NCBI GenBank assembly: GCA_007693585.1
Contig: REDH01000031.1
Coordinates: forward strand, 2,711-66,710
Length of the DNA stretch: 64,000 nucleotides
Reading direction: 5' to 3'
From: Deltaproteobacteria bacterium
GTDB taxonomy: Bacteria > Myxococcota_A > Bradymonadia > REDH01
The translations under genes were made by a program, and so were the position numbers. Below the pieces are notes generated by a model that saw nothing but the letters and a program-made list of their open reading frames with translations, had not been told where the DNA came from and did not search any database. Of this stretch, positions 42,368-52,157 are shown piece by piece (the stretch's first letter is position 1; each line of letters begins with the position of its first letter).

Positions 42368-43584
42368 GATGCGATACCGTAGAGGAAGCGGCTCGCCTCC
42401 TCGAGTCGTGCGTTCGGAACAGGGCTCAGCAGAGAGTCGCGGACCACGTCGAAGTCTGCTTCGTCGTCGATGAGCCCTCGCGTCTGGTCCTGCCCGAACA
42501 GAAGGTCAATCGCGGGGCGATCCGCGACGAACTCGTACGCCTCGCTCCTCCATGCGAAGTCATCGGGATGGAGGCGCCTGCAGGTCCAGACGATGGCCAA
42601 TCCGGTGAGGACCGGTCGAAACACCTCGGGGTCCGTCACATGGAGTTGAAGCCCGCGGCAGCGATGTCCGGCCCACTTCTGGAATCCCGGCTCGAAGCCC
42701 GCCACCCGGAAACGAACTCCCGGAAGCTCCATTTCGTGAAGCGAGCGTCCGACTTGAACGGCGTCCATCCAGGGAGCGCCGAACAGTTCGAAGGGGCGCG
42801 TTGTGCCTCGGCCCTCCGAAAGATTCGTCCCTTCGAGCAGACAGAGGCCTGGATAGACCAGGGCAGTGTCACGCGTGGGCATGTTCGGTGAGGGCATCAC
42901 CCACGGTGCTCCGGAAAGGAAGGGGTCGACGGCCGACTCGCCTCCACTGGCGCCCTGGACGGGAATGGCCTCGAAGTCGATTGTTCGTCCTGCGAGCCGT
43001 GCATATTCAAGGACCTGTGCCAGGGTCAGTCCGTGACGATTCGGCAGGGGCAGCATGCCGACGAACGACTCGAAGCCCGGATGGACCGATCCGCCCTCTC
43101 GCGCCGTTCCGATTGGGTTGGGCCGATCGAGGACCACGGTCCGTGCGCCTGCCGCCGTCGCGGCCTGCGCGGCGAGCATGGCTGTGTACATGTACGTGTA
43201 GTAGCGACTCCCGACATCCTGCAAATCGATCAGGAGCACATCAATGTCCTCGAGCTGCTCCGGGCGCGGAGTGAGGCTGTCCTCGTCGTGTCCATAGAGG
43301 CTGACGCAGGGAAGGCCCGTCATGGCGTCGACTTCGCTGGTCACGGGGATCATGTCCTGTGCTTCGCCACGCAGGCCGTGTTCCGGCCCGAAGAGTCGAA
43401 CAGGCCGGACATTTCGCTCAAGCAGCGCATCGACGAGGTGGACGAAGTCACGCGTGACGCTTGCGCCGTGTGCGAGCACTGCGACGCGGCTTCCGGCCAG
43501 TTGTTCAATCCAGTCTCCGGAATCGAGGATTGCGTCCGTTCCGGTCCGCACGCCACCCGCGAGTTTCGTCGGCGAGCGGTTCAT
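42364..43584 (-). CDS. DUF1343 / NamZ-family exo-beta-N-acetylmuramidase-like protein
   Basis: Full-length similarity to the DUF1343 family layout. Confidence 0.7.
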   Translation of the reverse strand: MNRSPTKLAGGVRTGTDAILDSGDWIEQLAGSRVAVLAHGASVTRDFVHLVDALLERNVRPVRLFGPEHGLRGEAQDMIPVTSEVDAMTGLPCVSLYGHDEDSLTPRPEQLEDIDVLLIDLQDVGSRYYTYMYTAMLAAQAATAAGARTVVLDRPNPIGTAREGGSVHPGFESFVGMLPLPNRHGLTLAQVLEYARLAGRTIDFEAIPVQGASGGESAVDPFLSGAPWVMPSPNMPTRDTALVYPGLCLLEGTNLSEGRGTTRPFELFGAPWMDAVQVGRSLHEMELPGVRFRVAGFEPGFQKWAGHRCRGLQLHVTDPEVFRPVLTGLAIVWTCRRLHPDDFAWRSEAYEFVADRPAIDLLFGQDQTRGLIDDEADFDVVRDSLLSPVPNARLEEASRFLYGIAS

Positions 43585-45128
43585 GCGGGGTCAGGGCCGT
43601 CGGCGGAGGAGTCATCGTCTTCGGTCTTTCGGGCGGAACGACCGCGGAGTCCACCGAGCCCGGTGATTCCTCCGGCGGACGCGCCCGCCTTGGGTCCGGC
43701 ACCCGCTGCAGGCTTCGCGCCGCCGCTGGGTCCACCACCGCCGCCCCAGGCCGCGTCCGCCGCCTCGTCGGTGTCCGGGTCGGGCTTTCCTTGAAGGCGC
43801 GCGCTCATGATGTTGAGGGAGTGCGACATGTCACAGAGGTAGTTGCTGTCCTCGACCGGCCACATGTAGTCTCGATTCCCTGCGATGACCTCCTGAATCC
43901 CCTTGGAGATCTCTTCGATCGGCTTCAGCATCTGGCTCACGACGACCGTGGACCCCCCCACTCCGACGAGGAGGAGGATGAACGCGACCAGCAGAAGATT
44001 CTGGAATGCCCCGCGCACCGGCAGCACGGGCACGGAAAGCGACGTGACAACCATGGCGCCGGCGACGGGACGTCCATCCTCGCTCCGTGCGGCCATCTGG
44101 CTGATGAGCGCATATTCACGTCCGTCGAAGCTGGTGCGGAAGAGCGCGCCAGGCTGCTGAATCAGCCCCAGCGTGTCCAGCTCTTCTCCGTCGTCCGTCA
44201 CGAAGGGGCCGCTGCCGAGGTGCTGCCGAAGCCGCTCGCGCTCGGTGAGGCTGCTGCCAGGAAAGCTGATCGCGCCATCGCGCACGAAGTAGAAGGCGAT
44301 GTCGGTCTCGCTGACCAGCCGGGCCATGTCATCGGCGATTCGATTGCTCACGAGGTAGCCCACGAGGACGCTTCCGAGAAACGGACGCTCTCCGTCCACC
44401 TCGGGACCATGGATCGGGGCCGCGGCAACCTGGGCCAGTCTGGGGGCGTCCGAATCCCGATCGCGCCAGGCGATGAAGTCATGCTGCACGCCGAACGCCT
44501 CCGTCCGGCCGACCACGGGGAATTGGTTCATGTTGGGCCTGCTCGGCCCGAACCAGTGCTCCATGTCGTGCCCGACTCGGCCCATCACCACGCCCTGGCT
44601 GTCGGCGACGAGAAGAAGATCCGGCTCGCGCGGCATCGCGTTGCCGAGTCCACGATCCGGCAGGAAGGCGAACTCGTCCCGTTCCCGATTCTCGGCGTGC
44701 CGTGTGTTCCAGGCGGCGAGGGCTCGGCGGACCTCGACGTCGGCGGTCGTAGCGCAGCTGAAGCGGGCGTCGGTTTCGATCGGGCGCCCTTCCGTGTCGA
44801 TGATGCGGCCGAGCGCGTCGCGCACCGGTGTGCCGTCCGCACCGAGCTGCGGTGTCTGTTCCCGGCGCTGCTGCTCGAGGTCCTCTTCCGTCCGCGGACA
44901 GTGAAGCGCCCGGATCACCCCCGGCGTGACCGCAAGCTCTTCGACGGAGCGCACCAGCGAGTACTCGTGCAGCCGAATCGCCGCCTGCACCGCTTCCCGC
45001 GCGGCGATGAGGCGCATCTCCGTGTCCGTCGTCACCGTTCGGGACACGCCGCTCAGGAACAGGCCAGCCGCCCCGAGGAAGCCCAGCAGGACAACGAGAA
45101 ACAGCACGATGAGCTTGATGCGGAACAT
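43581..45128 (-). CDS. Membrane protein with periplasmic sensor region and HAMP domain, no recognisable output domain
   Basis: TM1 at the N-terminus (LIVLFLVVLLGFLGAAGLFL). TM2 plus HAMP (PIEEISKGIQEVIAGNRDYMW...). Gly-rich disordered C-terminus. Confidence 0.6.
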   Translation of the reverse strand: MFRIKLIVLFLVVLLGFLGAAGLFLSGVSRTVTTDTEMRLIAAREAVQAAIRLHEYSLVRSVEELAVTPGVIRALHCPRTEEDLEQQRREQTPQLGADGTPVRDALGRIIDTEGRPIETDARFSCATTADVEVRRALAAWNTRHAENRERDEFAFLPDRGLGNAMPREPDLLLVADSQGVVMGRVGHDMEHWFGPSRPNMNQFPVVGRTEAFGVQHDFIAWRDRDSDAPRLAQVAAAPIHGPEVDGERPFLGSVLVGYLVSNRIADDMARLVSETDIAFYFVRDGAISFPGSSLTERERLRQHLGSGPFVTDDGEELDTLGLIQQPGALFRTSFDGREYALISQMAARSEDGRPVAGAMVVTSLSVPVLPVRGAFQNLLLVAFILLLVGVGGSTVVVSQMLKPIEEISKGIQEVIAGNRDYMWPVEDSNYLCDMSHSLNIMSARLQGKPDPDTDEAADAAWGGGGGPSGGAKPAAGAGPKAGASAGGITGLGGLRGRSARKTEDDDSSADGPDPA

Positions 45129-45331
45129 GGGGGTCCTCTCCTCGTTCGTGGATGGGCTCGTCAATCGCGGTCAACCGGACTGCGCACCGGAACGCGAGGT
45201 ACCGGTCAGCAGGGCGGTGTTCGTCCGACCTCGGTTCTCTAGGCCAGTTGCCCGCACCCTGTCAAAGGGGATGAATGCGGCACTTGCCGGCCGGATGTCC
45301 CCCCCGATCCGGCGCAGGGGCCGCGCCGCGC

Positions 45332-45745
45332 TCAGTACGAGCGTGGCATCCCGTCGATGTCGATCGTGTCGATCGCATAGCGGATCAGCGCGGAACGGTT
45401 GGCCTTCGAGTGTCCGCGCGCCTTCAGCTCCGCAACCAGTGAGTCGATCCGCTCGATGTCCTCGTTGTACAGACTGATGGACACAATCCGGTAGTGCGAG
45501 GGAGCGCTGTCCCGCCGGCCTGACTTCGTCCGGCTCCGGCGCCGACGCTCGGGGACCGGAGCGGGCGCGGCCGCAGCTTCCTCCCCTTCCTCGACCACCG
45601 TGGGCACAGGCTGGCCCTTTGCTTCGGCCTCCCGGTCCGGCGCACCATAGAAGGTTCGGGCCAGGATCTCGTCGTCTGCGGCGAGAGGGTCACGCCCCAT
45701 CACGGACTCTTCCTCCACAGCTCGCTCGCGTGCCTTTCTGCTCAT
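45332..45745 (-). CDS. Ribbon-helix-helix (CopG/ParG-like) DNA-binding protein with acidic disordered N-terminus
   Basis: C-terminal HYRIVSISLYNEDIERIDSLVAELKARGHSKANRSALIRYAI fits the beta-alpha-alpha RHH pattern. The ATG overlaps the stop of the upstream ParA-like gene (ATGA). Confidence 0.5.
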   Translation of the reverse strand: MSRKARERAVEEESVMGRDPLAADDEILARTFYGAPDREAEAKGQPVPTVVEEGEEAAAAPAPVPERRRRSRTKSGRRDSAPSHYRIVSISLYNEDIERIDSLVAELKARGHSKANRSALIRYAIDTIDIDGMPRSY

Positions 45746-46665
45746 GACGCCGTCCTCGTCATCGCCCGTTCCTCCGCCCGCTGCAGCACCCACTTCACGA
45801 GGCGCCGGTAGTCCTCGGCTCCGCGCGAATAGGGTGCGTATTCGAAGATGGTCTTCCGGTGCGAGGGCGCCTCCTTGAGCCGCGTATTCACGCGAATCGG
45901 AGGAAGCACCTTGTTCTTGAAGTGGCTGCGCAGGCTCTTCACCGACTCGTCACTGATGCGGTTTCGCTGGTCATAGAACGTCGGAAGTACGCCCAGAATC
46001 TCGATCGGATGGAGGAGCAACTCGTTGACATGCCGCACCGTCCGGAGAATCTGGCGAACACCCACCAGCGACAGAAAGTCACACGACACCGGAACGAGCA
46101 AATAATCCGCGAAGGTCAGCGCATTCAGGTTCAGCAGCGACAGGCTCGGACCACAGTCCAGGATCACCACGTCATACCGATGCACTCCGGCCATTCGCTG
46201 CCGCAGGAGCCGATCTCGCCCCTCGTCCATCCGCGCCAGGAAGATCTCCGCGCTCGCGAGCGTCTCGTTGCTCGTCATGAGGTCCAGGGTCGACGAGAAC
46301 GGCACGACGCACCGCTCCAGCGTGGCCTCCTCGACCAGCATGTGGTACAGCGTCCGCTCCCCCTTGAGCCCGAGACTGATGCCGACGTGCCCCTGTGCGT
46401 CCACATCGATCAGCAGGGTCCGCTTCCCGGATTCCGCCAGACCGGCCGCCAGGTTCACCGCCGTGGTCGTCTTGCCCGTGCCCCCCTTCTGGTTCAGCAC
46501 CGCAATCGTCATCGGCGACGGACCGGCACCCCGCGGGACGACACCGGCCAGCAACTGCTCGCGACAGTCCTGCGAACAGACATGACGCGACTCATCCCGC
46601 AACGCCACCTGCTGAAAGGCAAAACGCAAGACGAACCGCGCCCCGCACTGATCGCAGGTGCTCAT
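45742..46665 (-). CDS. ParA/MinD-family P-loop ATPase with N-terminal CxxC...CxxxC zinc-ribbon extension
   Basis: Deviant Walker A KGGTGKTT. ParA-like core. The N-terminus is MSTCDQCGARFV...HVCSQDCREQL. Confidence 0.8.
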   Translation of the reverse strand: MSTCDQCGARFVLRFAFQQVALRDESRHVCSQDCREQLLAGVVPRGAGPSPMTIAVLNQKGGTGKTTTAVNLAAGLAESGKRTLLIDVDAQGHVGISLGLKGERTLYHMLVEEATLERCVVPFSSTLDLMTSNETLASAEIFLARMDEGRDRLLRQRMAGVHRYDVVILDCGPSLSLLNLNALTFADYLLVPVSCDFLSLVGVRQILRTVRHVNELLLHPIEILGVLPTFYDQRNRISDESVKSLRSHFKNKVLPPIRVNTRLKEAPSHRKTIFEYAPYSRGAEDYRRLVKWVLQRAEERAMTRTAS

Positions 46666-46848
46666 CTCCGAATCCCGGCCCGCGCCAGCTGGGTTCAGGC
46701 CATGCAACACGTGCATTGGGCCGGACGGCCATTGCGTTCCCACTCCTCCTCCGTGTCTGCGTCCCGATACGCCTTGTCTCGGCGCAACCCGGCGAACATA
46801 GCGACGCACCACCCGCGTGACAATCCGTCCGGCCCATGCCGTGCCCAC

Positions 46849-47853
46849 TCAACGACCCACGGCCCGACCGAGGAGCGCCTCCGGATCCAGTGCGCGGCCA
46901 TCACGACGAATCTCGAAGTGGAGGTGCGGGCCCGTGGATGCTCCCGTCGAGCCGACGTCTCCGATCCGCTCTCCCTGGTGCACGCGCTGCCCGGCCCGTA
47001 CCCGCCAGCGCGAAAGGTGGAAGTAGTGCGACCTCCACCCTCCTCCATGATCGATGACCACGCAGTTGCCCGGCCCGTTCCCGCACCATCCCGCCAGAAG
47101 CACCTCCCCCGTCGCGCTCGCAAGGACAGGTGTGCCCGTCGCGGCGCCGAAGTCCAGCCCGTTGTGCATCCGGCCCCGTTCCCCCGTGATCGGGTGAATC
47201 CGTGGCCCGAACCGACTTGTGACCCGGGGGCGCTCCATCGGGTTCATCCAGCGCTCGCCTCCTGCGCCGTCCCCCCGATCGGCCGTCACCGCGCGGACGC
47301 GGCGCTCCTCGACCCCATGCGCCTCCACCCGTGCGAGCCGCCGCGACGGTACACCCTGCACCTCGACGCGGCGAAGACGTCGATCCGGAACCACTTCTGC
47401 TTCCACGCGGCGAACACGACGGGTCACCGTCGCCGTGCCCGCCTGCCGTTCCTCCGCGCCCCCCCCATCCATCCGCCAGAGCACCTCGTCCAGCCCCGCA
47501 AGCGACAGCTGGATCCGAACCTCCTGATCCAGCGTCATTCCCGCCCCGGTCAGTACAACCTCCAGCCCGTCGCGGACCACCTGAACGACCCCCTCCTCCA
47601 CCCCACCGCCCCGATGCGCCACCGCCGCCACGGCGCCCGCTCTGGACATCGCCACCTCGCGGGCCGCAACCTCCACTGCCCCAGAGACCTCCCCCCACGC
47701 CACCCCCGGCGACACCACACCGCATACCCACAGCAGGGCCGCACACCGCAACCACCGTTGAACCGGACCACCCGGTGACGTAGAGAACGAACCCGAGCGA
47801 CGGCGCCTCACGCGGCTGCCTCGCACGGCACCGGGCACCGCGCGCCCACCCAC
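46849..47853 (-). CDS. M23-family (LytM-type) metallopeptidase
   Basis: C-terminal HNGLDFGA...HYFHL...GSTGASTGPHLHFE. The N-terminal half is Arg/Val-rich repeats. Start uncertain (possibly GTG). Confidence 0.7.
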   Translation of the reverse strand: MGGRAVPGAVRGSRVRRRRSGSFSTSPGGPVQRWLRCAALLWVCGVVSPGVAWGEVSGAVEVAAREVAMSRAGAVAAVAHRGGGVEEGVVQVVRDGLEVVLTGAGMTLDQEVRIQLSLAGLDEVLWRMDGGGAEERQAGTATVTRRVRRVEAEVVPDRRLRRVEVQGVPSRRLARVEAHGVEERRVRAVTADRGDGAGGERWMNPMERPRVTSRFGPRIHPITGERGRMHNGLDFGAATGTPVLASATGEVLLAGWCGNGPGNCVVIDHGGGWRSHYFHLSRWRVRAGQRVHQGERIGDVGSTGASTGPHLHFEIRRDGRALDPEALLGRAVGR

Positions 47854-47891
47854 GCAAGGCGCTCCCCCCCTGCCAGTTCGCGTACCCCGCC

Positions 47892-48875
47892 ATGCACCAG
47901 AACAGCGAGCAGTGCCGTCACCACAACGGGGGAACCCCCAACAGCCCCGGTGCGCTCGCCCGCGACCTGCATTGTTCGCGACATGTCACCCGTCATGGCC
48001 ATCGCATCCCCGTTCGGATCGAGCGCACCACCCCCCGCCCTGCACCCGTAGCGCGCACGGCGCCGCTGCGCAAACTCGCCCGCTTCCGACCGCATCCCGT
48101 CGCTGCCGCCTGCGCCCTGCTCTGCCTCGCGCTCGCCACACCGCGCCCATCCACCGCGCAACCCCCCCGGTTCGGCCTGCAGGCCGATCTCGGTACCGCC
48201 ATCGCCATCGGACCCGGGGCCCGAAGCACCATCGACCTCGCCAACCCCCGAACGGACGGCGACCGCACGGTCGGCAACCCCTTTCTCGCCGACGTCTACC
48301 GGGCCCCCGCCCTCCGGTTGGGGGTCACCCTGCAGCTCGCCGAACTCGAGATCCGCTACGCACTCGAACGCGCCCAGTGGTCCCACGCGCGCGTGCTCTG
48401 CACCTCGGAGGACACGGCCACGAGACGCGGCAACGGCGGAGTCGATGACCGCGGGATCAGCTGGGACTGCAGCGGCAGCGGCGACCGAATCGAACCGTCC
48501 GAGGCACGCGGCGCGTTTCTCGCCCATCACCTCTCCGGCGGCACTCGCATCTACGCCGGTGAGCTCATCGGCACCTTCCCATGGGCCGCGTTCGCCACCG
48601 GGCTGTCCTTGTCCCGCTTCGACCGTGACGCGCAGCGACGCCGCCTTCGCGCAGGCGTCCACGCCTCCGTCGGCGGCGGACTCGATGTGCCCATCGACCG
48701 AAACCTTACCCTCGTCGCCGACATCCGCTACCAGGGGACCCTCTTCGCCGCCACCGCACGCTTCACCGACAATGCACGACGCGTCAGCGCGCTCGACCGG
48801 GGCGTGCTCGGCGCAACCTTCGATCCGCAACACACCATCCTGCTCGGCATCGGCTTCCGCTCCAACCTCCGATGA
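47892..48875 (+). CDS. Hypothetical secreted protein (possible beta-rich outer-membrane protein); start uncertain
   Basis: Internal signal-like segment PHPVAAACALLCLALATPRPSTAQ. Alternating hydrophobic pattern. The stop overlaps the ATL gene start (ATGA). Confidence 0.35.
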   Translation: MHQNSEQCRHHNGGTPNSPGALARDLHCSRHVTRHGHRIPVRIERTTPRPAPVARTAPLRKLARFRPHPVAAACALLCLALATPRPSTAQPPRFGLQADLGTAIAIGPGARSTIDLANPRTDGDRTVGNPFLADVYRAPALRLGVTLQLAELEIRYALERAQWSHARVLCTSEDTATRRGNGGVDDRGISWDCSGSGDRIEPSEARGAFLAHHLSGGTRIYAGELIGTFPWAAFATGLSLSRFDRDAQRRRLRAGVHASVGGGLDVPIDRNLTLVADIRYQGTLFAATARFTDNARRVSALDRGVLGATFDPQHTILLGIGFRSNLR

Positions 48876-49252
48876 ACGCACCTCCACCGCCGGCCCACGA
48901 CTTTGCACGTCACGTGCGCACCATCGTCCACGCCATCCCTCCGGGACGCGTCCTGACCTACGGTGACGTGGCTACGCTCTGTGGCTCCCCGCGCGCCGCG
49001 CGAGCCGTCGGTCGCGCCCTCCGGTCCTCCCTTCACGACGAGCTTCTTCCATGGCACCGCGTCATCAACGCCCGCGGCGCCATCAGCATCCGTGGTGATC
49101 ACGGGCGCGCCCTTCTCCAGATCCATCGACTCCGGAACGAAGGCGTCGCATGCACCGACGATGGCCTCCTGCCCAACTTCCCGGCCGTTCGCTGGCCGCT
49201 CGACAGCGCCCGACACCTCGCCCGCTACCTCGACCTCCCGCTCCACGACTGA
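48872..49252 (+). CDS. Alkyltransferase-like protein (MGMT-family DNA-binding domain lacking the catalytic Cys: PWHRV)
   Basis: Helix-turn-helix of the O6-alkylguanine-DNA alkyltransferase C-domain. Trp replaces Cys in the PCHRV motif. Confidence 0.7.
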   Translation: MNAPPPPAHDFARHVRTIVHAIPPGRVLTYGDVATLCGSPRAARAVGRALRSSLHDELLPWHRVINARGAISIRGDHGRALLQIHRLRNEGVACTDDGLLPNFPAVRWPLDSARHLARYLDLPLHD

Positions 49253-49377
49253 CCCCCCGCCGCGCCCAACCCAGTACACACCCTACGCGCGATCGTCATG
49301 AATACCCTTCGCGTGCCCACCGTCGAACGACGGTATCCCTGCCCACTCGGACCCCGAGACTGCCAGGAGTCCTCCGC

Positions 49378-50370
49378 ATGACCGCCCCAGCCCCAGCTCC
49401 CGGCCGCGCCCTCCCGGCCATCCTCGCGCTCGCGCTCCTGCTCCCCGGCTGTGCCACCACCGCGCGCGGGCTCGCACCCGCGCTCCACACCGACGAGGCG
49501 GGGGCCACCTCTGCCCACGACGGCCTCCAGTTCGAGGTCGTGCCCGCGCCTGCGAACCTCCGCCTCCCCCGCGGTGTCGTGGCCATCGAGGTGCGGATCA
49601 CCAACCTGACCCCGCACGATGTCCAGGTCCGCAGGGCCGACTTCGAGCTTCTCCTCGACAACGGCGCCAGCCGAAACGCGCTCAGCCCGTTCCAGGTCGC
49701 CCGAATGGCCCTCGCCTCGCCCGGCGAACCTCTCGCACCCCTCGCCGCAGCGCAGTCACTCCCCGACGTCCAGCTCGATACTGACTTCCTTTCGGTATCG
49801 CGAGGCTACGTCACCCCACGGACCTCCACGGTGCACTCCGCCCCTTCCGTACGCCCGCCGACGACTCCCGCGACCCCGCACCCCGTCCGCGCCACCTACC
49901 GGCCGCGCAGCGCCGTGCATGTCCACATGGGTTTCCCCTACTACCTCCCGGGCTGGGGCGTTTCCGTCGGCCCGGGGTTCCATGGCGCGTCCGTCGCCTG
50001 GGGAACGTCATGGCGCGTCGGCGCCACCTGGCAGCCAGGGGGACACTCCACCTGGAGCCCCTACACCCGCAGCACGTGGTGCCCCACGACCCGCGTCTGG
50101 GCCCACCCCCGCACCTCCACCCACGGTCATCCGGATCCGCGACGAACCGCTCCACCCGCCGCAGCACCCGCCGCAGCCGACCTCTCCTCCGTCGCCTACG
50201 CCGGACACGCCCTTCACGACATGTCGATCCCTGCCAACCACCACGCTGCAGGATTGCTGTACTTCGCCGACGTCCGGTCCGGCGATGGCGCATCGCTGCA
50301 CTGGCAGCCCCGATCCTGGCTCAACCGGGACGGGCTCGATCGCCGCACGGTGCGGCTCCACTCCCGCTAG
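49378..50370 (+). CDS. Hypothetical lipoprotein, C-terminal half rich in W/H/P/T
   Basis: Lipobox LLLPGC after MTAPAPAPGRALPAILALA. Confidence 0.45.
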   Translation: MTAPAPAPGRALPAILALALLLPGCATTARGLAPALHTDEAGATSAHDGLQFEVVPAPANLRLPRGVVAIEVRITNLTPHDVQVRRADFELLLDNGASRNALSPFQVARMALASPGEPLAPLAAAQSLPDVQLDTDFLSVSRGYVTPRTSTVHSAPSVRPPTTPATPHPVRATYRPRSAVHVHMGFPYYLPGWGVSVGPGFHGASVAWGTSWRVGATWQPGGHSTWSPYTRSTWCPTTRVWAHPRTSTHGHPDPRRTAPPAAAPAAADLSSVAYAGHALHDMSIPANHHAAGLLYFADVRSGDGASLHWQPRSWLNRDGLDRRTVRLHSR

Positions 50371-50403
50371 CGCCCGGCGGCCCGCCTCGCCTCGCCTCAC
50401 CGG

Positions 50404-51594
50404 TCAGACGACCTCGGCGACCACGCCCGCCTTCAGCAGTGTTCCGATCTCGGCTGCGGAGAGCCCGACCTCCTCCAGCACGGCACGCGTGTGCTCGCCC
50501 AGAAGCGGAGGCACTTCCCCCGCCGCCGAGTCACGCGTTCCGACCGGCAACCGAGGAAGGCCCGTCGCCGGATGCAGGGCATTGCGGGCCACAAGCTGTG
50601 CATCCTGGACCAGCTCGTCGAGTTCGAGAACCGGCTCGACGCAGACGTCGTCCTCCCGCAACTCTTCCAGCCACTCCGCCAGTGGCCGCGACGCGATGAC
50701 CTCCGCGAGCGCAGCCGCCACTTCCTCCCCTTCCTCTCCCTGGGCAAGGCCGCTCGCCGCCCACTCCGGATGGCCGATCCGGGCACAGAATGCCGCCCAG
50801 AAGTGCGGTTCGAGGGCCGCCACCGCAAGATACCGGTCGTCCGCTGTCCGGTAGGTTCGATAGCAGGGCAGCCCCCCGGTCAGCATCTCCCGACCCCGGC
50901 GCACGGGACGACTCTGGCTTCGCGCCGTGCCCAGCATCGGCGCCAGCAGGTGCAGGGCACCTTCCGTCATGGAGACATCGAGGGTGCACCCTTCGCCGGT
51001 GCGCTCCCGCCGCCACAGCGCCGAAGCGATCCCGAACGCCGCCTGCAGCGCTCCCCCGGCAAGGTCCGCCACCTGCACCGCAGGCATCACCGGCGGATCA
51101 GCGCTCGGCCCGGTGGCACCCAGCACACCGGAGCGCGCCAGATACCCGAGATCATGACCAGCCCGCTTCGCATCCGGCCCTGTCTGACCGAAGCCGGACA
51201 ACCGGCAGTACACGAGGTCCGGGCGCCAGATGCGAAGCTGCGACTCGTCCAGCCCCAGCCGCTCCATCACCCCGGGTCGAAAGCCCTCGATGAGGACATC
51301 GGCGCACCGAACCAGCCCTTCCATCACCGCTGCACTGCGATCGTCCTTGAGGTCCACCGCGATGCTCTGCTTCCCGCGGTTCACCGACGCAAAGAACGCG
51401 CCGTAGCCCCCGTCCCGGTTGTCCACCAGCGGCGGATACCATCGCGCGTAGTCGCCTCCCGACGGCGACTCGACCTTCCATATCCGGGCACCCAGATCCG
51501 CGAGCATCCATGTGCAGAACGGTCCGGGCAGCAGCCGACTGAGGTCGAGCACGGTGACGTCCGCGAAGGTGGTGGAAGGAAGACCCGTTCTCAT
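50404..51594 (-). CDS. CoA-transferase family III (CaiB/BaiF) protein
   Basis: DVLIEGFRPGVMERLGL and the conserved Asp region. Start at MRTGLPST. Confidence 0.8.
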   Translation of the reverse strand: MRTGLPSTTFADVTVLDLSRLLPGPFCTWMLADLGARIWKVESPSGGDYARWYPPLVDNRDGGYGAFFASVNRGKQSIAVDLKDDRSAAVMEGLVRCADVLIEGFRPGVMERLGLDESQLRIWRPDLVYCRLSGFGQTGPDAKRAGHDLGYLARSGVLGATGPSADPPVMPAVQVADLAGGALQAAFGIASALWRRERTGEGCTLDVSMTEGALHLLAPMLGTARSQSRPVRRGREMLTGGLPCYRTYRTADDRYLAVAALEPHFWAAFCARIGHPEWAASGLAQGEEGEEVAAALAEVIASRPLAEWLEELREDDVCVEPVLELDELVQDAQLVARNALHPATGLPRLPVGTRDSAAGEVPPLLGEHTRAVLEEVGLSAAEIGTLLKAGVVAEVV

Positions 51595-51697
51595 GATGAC
51601 CTCGCACGCGCCGGTTTCGCGCCCATCCGTCACGCTCAATTGAATCAGGGCGGAACCCCGGGAGGGCCCGCCCCGAAAGGCTCCTGCGACAACCCGA

Positions 51698-52036
51698 CTA
51701 CTTGGCGAGCGCCAGGATGTTCTGCAGCTTCATGGCCAGGCCCATGTCGCCCTTGACCTTGATCTTGCCCATCATGAACGCCTGCATGGGGTTCACCGAG
51801 CCCCCGAGAATTCCCGTCCAGTCCGAGGCTGTCATGGTGATGGTCACGTTTGCGTTGTCGTCCGGGCCCACGCTCACGAACGGAGCGCTGGCCCCGTTGC
51901 GAAGGTCGACCGTGTACACGCCGCCGTCATCGCCGGTGAGCTCGAACGTGAAGATCGCGTTCGCGCTCGTCGCCTTCTCCGTGTTGTCGTTGATGCTCTG
52001 CTCGAGTCGCTCGAAACTGGCCTGAACGTCGCTCAT
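51698..52036 (-). CDS. SCP2 sterol-carrier-like domain protein
   Basis: 112 aa. Ends MMGKIKVKGDMGLAMKLQNIL, typical of SCP2. Confidence 0.7.
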   Translation of the reverse strand: MSDVQASFERLEQSINDNTEKATSANAIFTFELTGDDGGVYTVDLRNGASAPFVSVGPDDNANVTITMTASDWTGILGGSVNPMQAFMMGKIKVKGDMGLAMKLQNILALAK

Positions 52037-52157
52037 GTCTGCCTCCTCGGCACGCTGCGGGGTGGAACGGTGAGCCGGGGCTCACAAGTGGCCCGCCGGG
52101 TCTAGTACCTGCCCGGGGGGTCGTCAACGGCACCAGCTCGGCGACCCACGACGTCGG

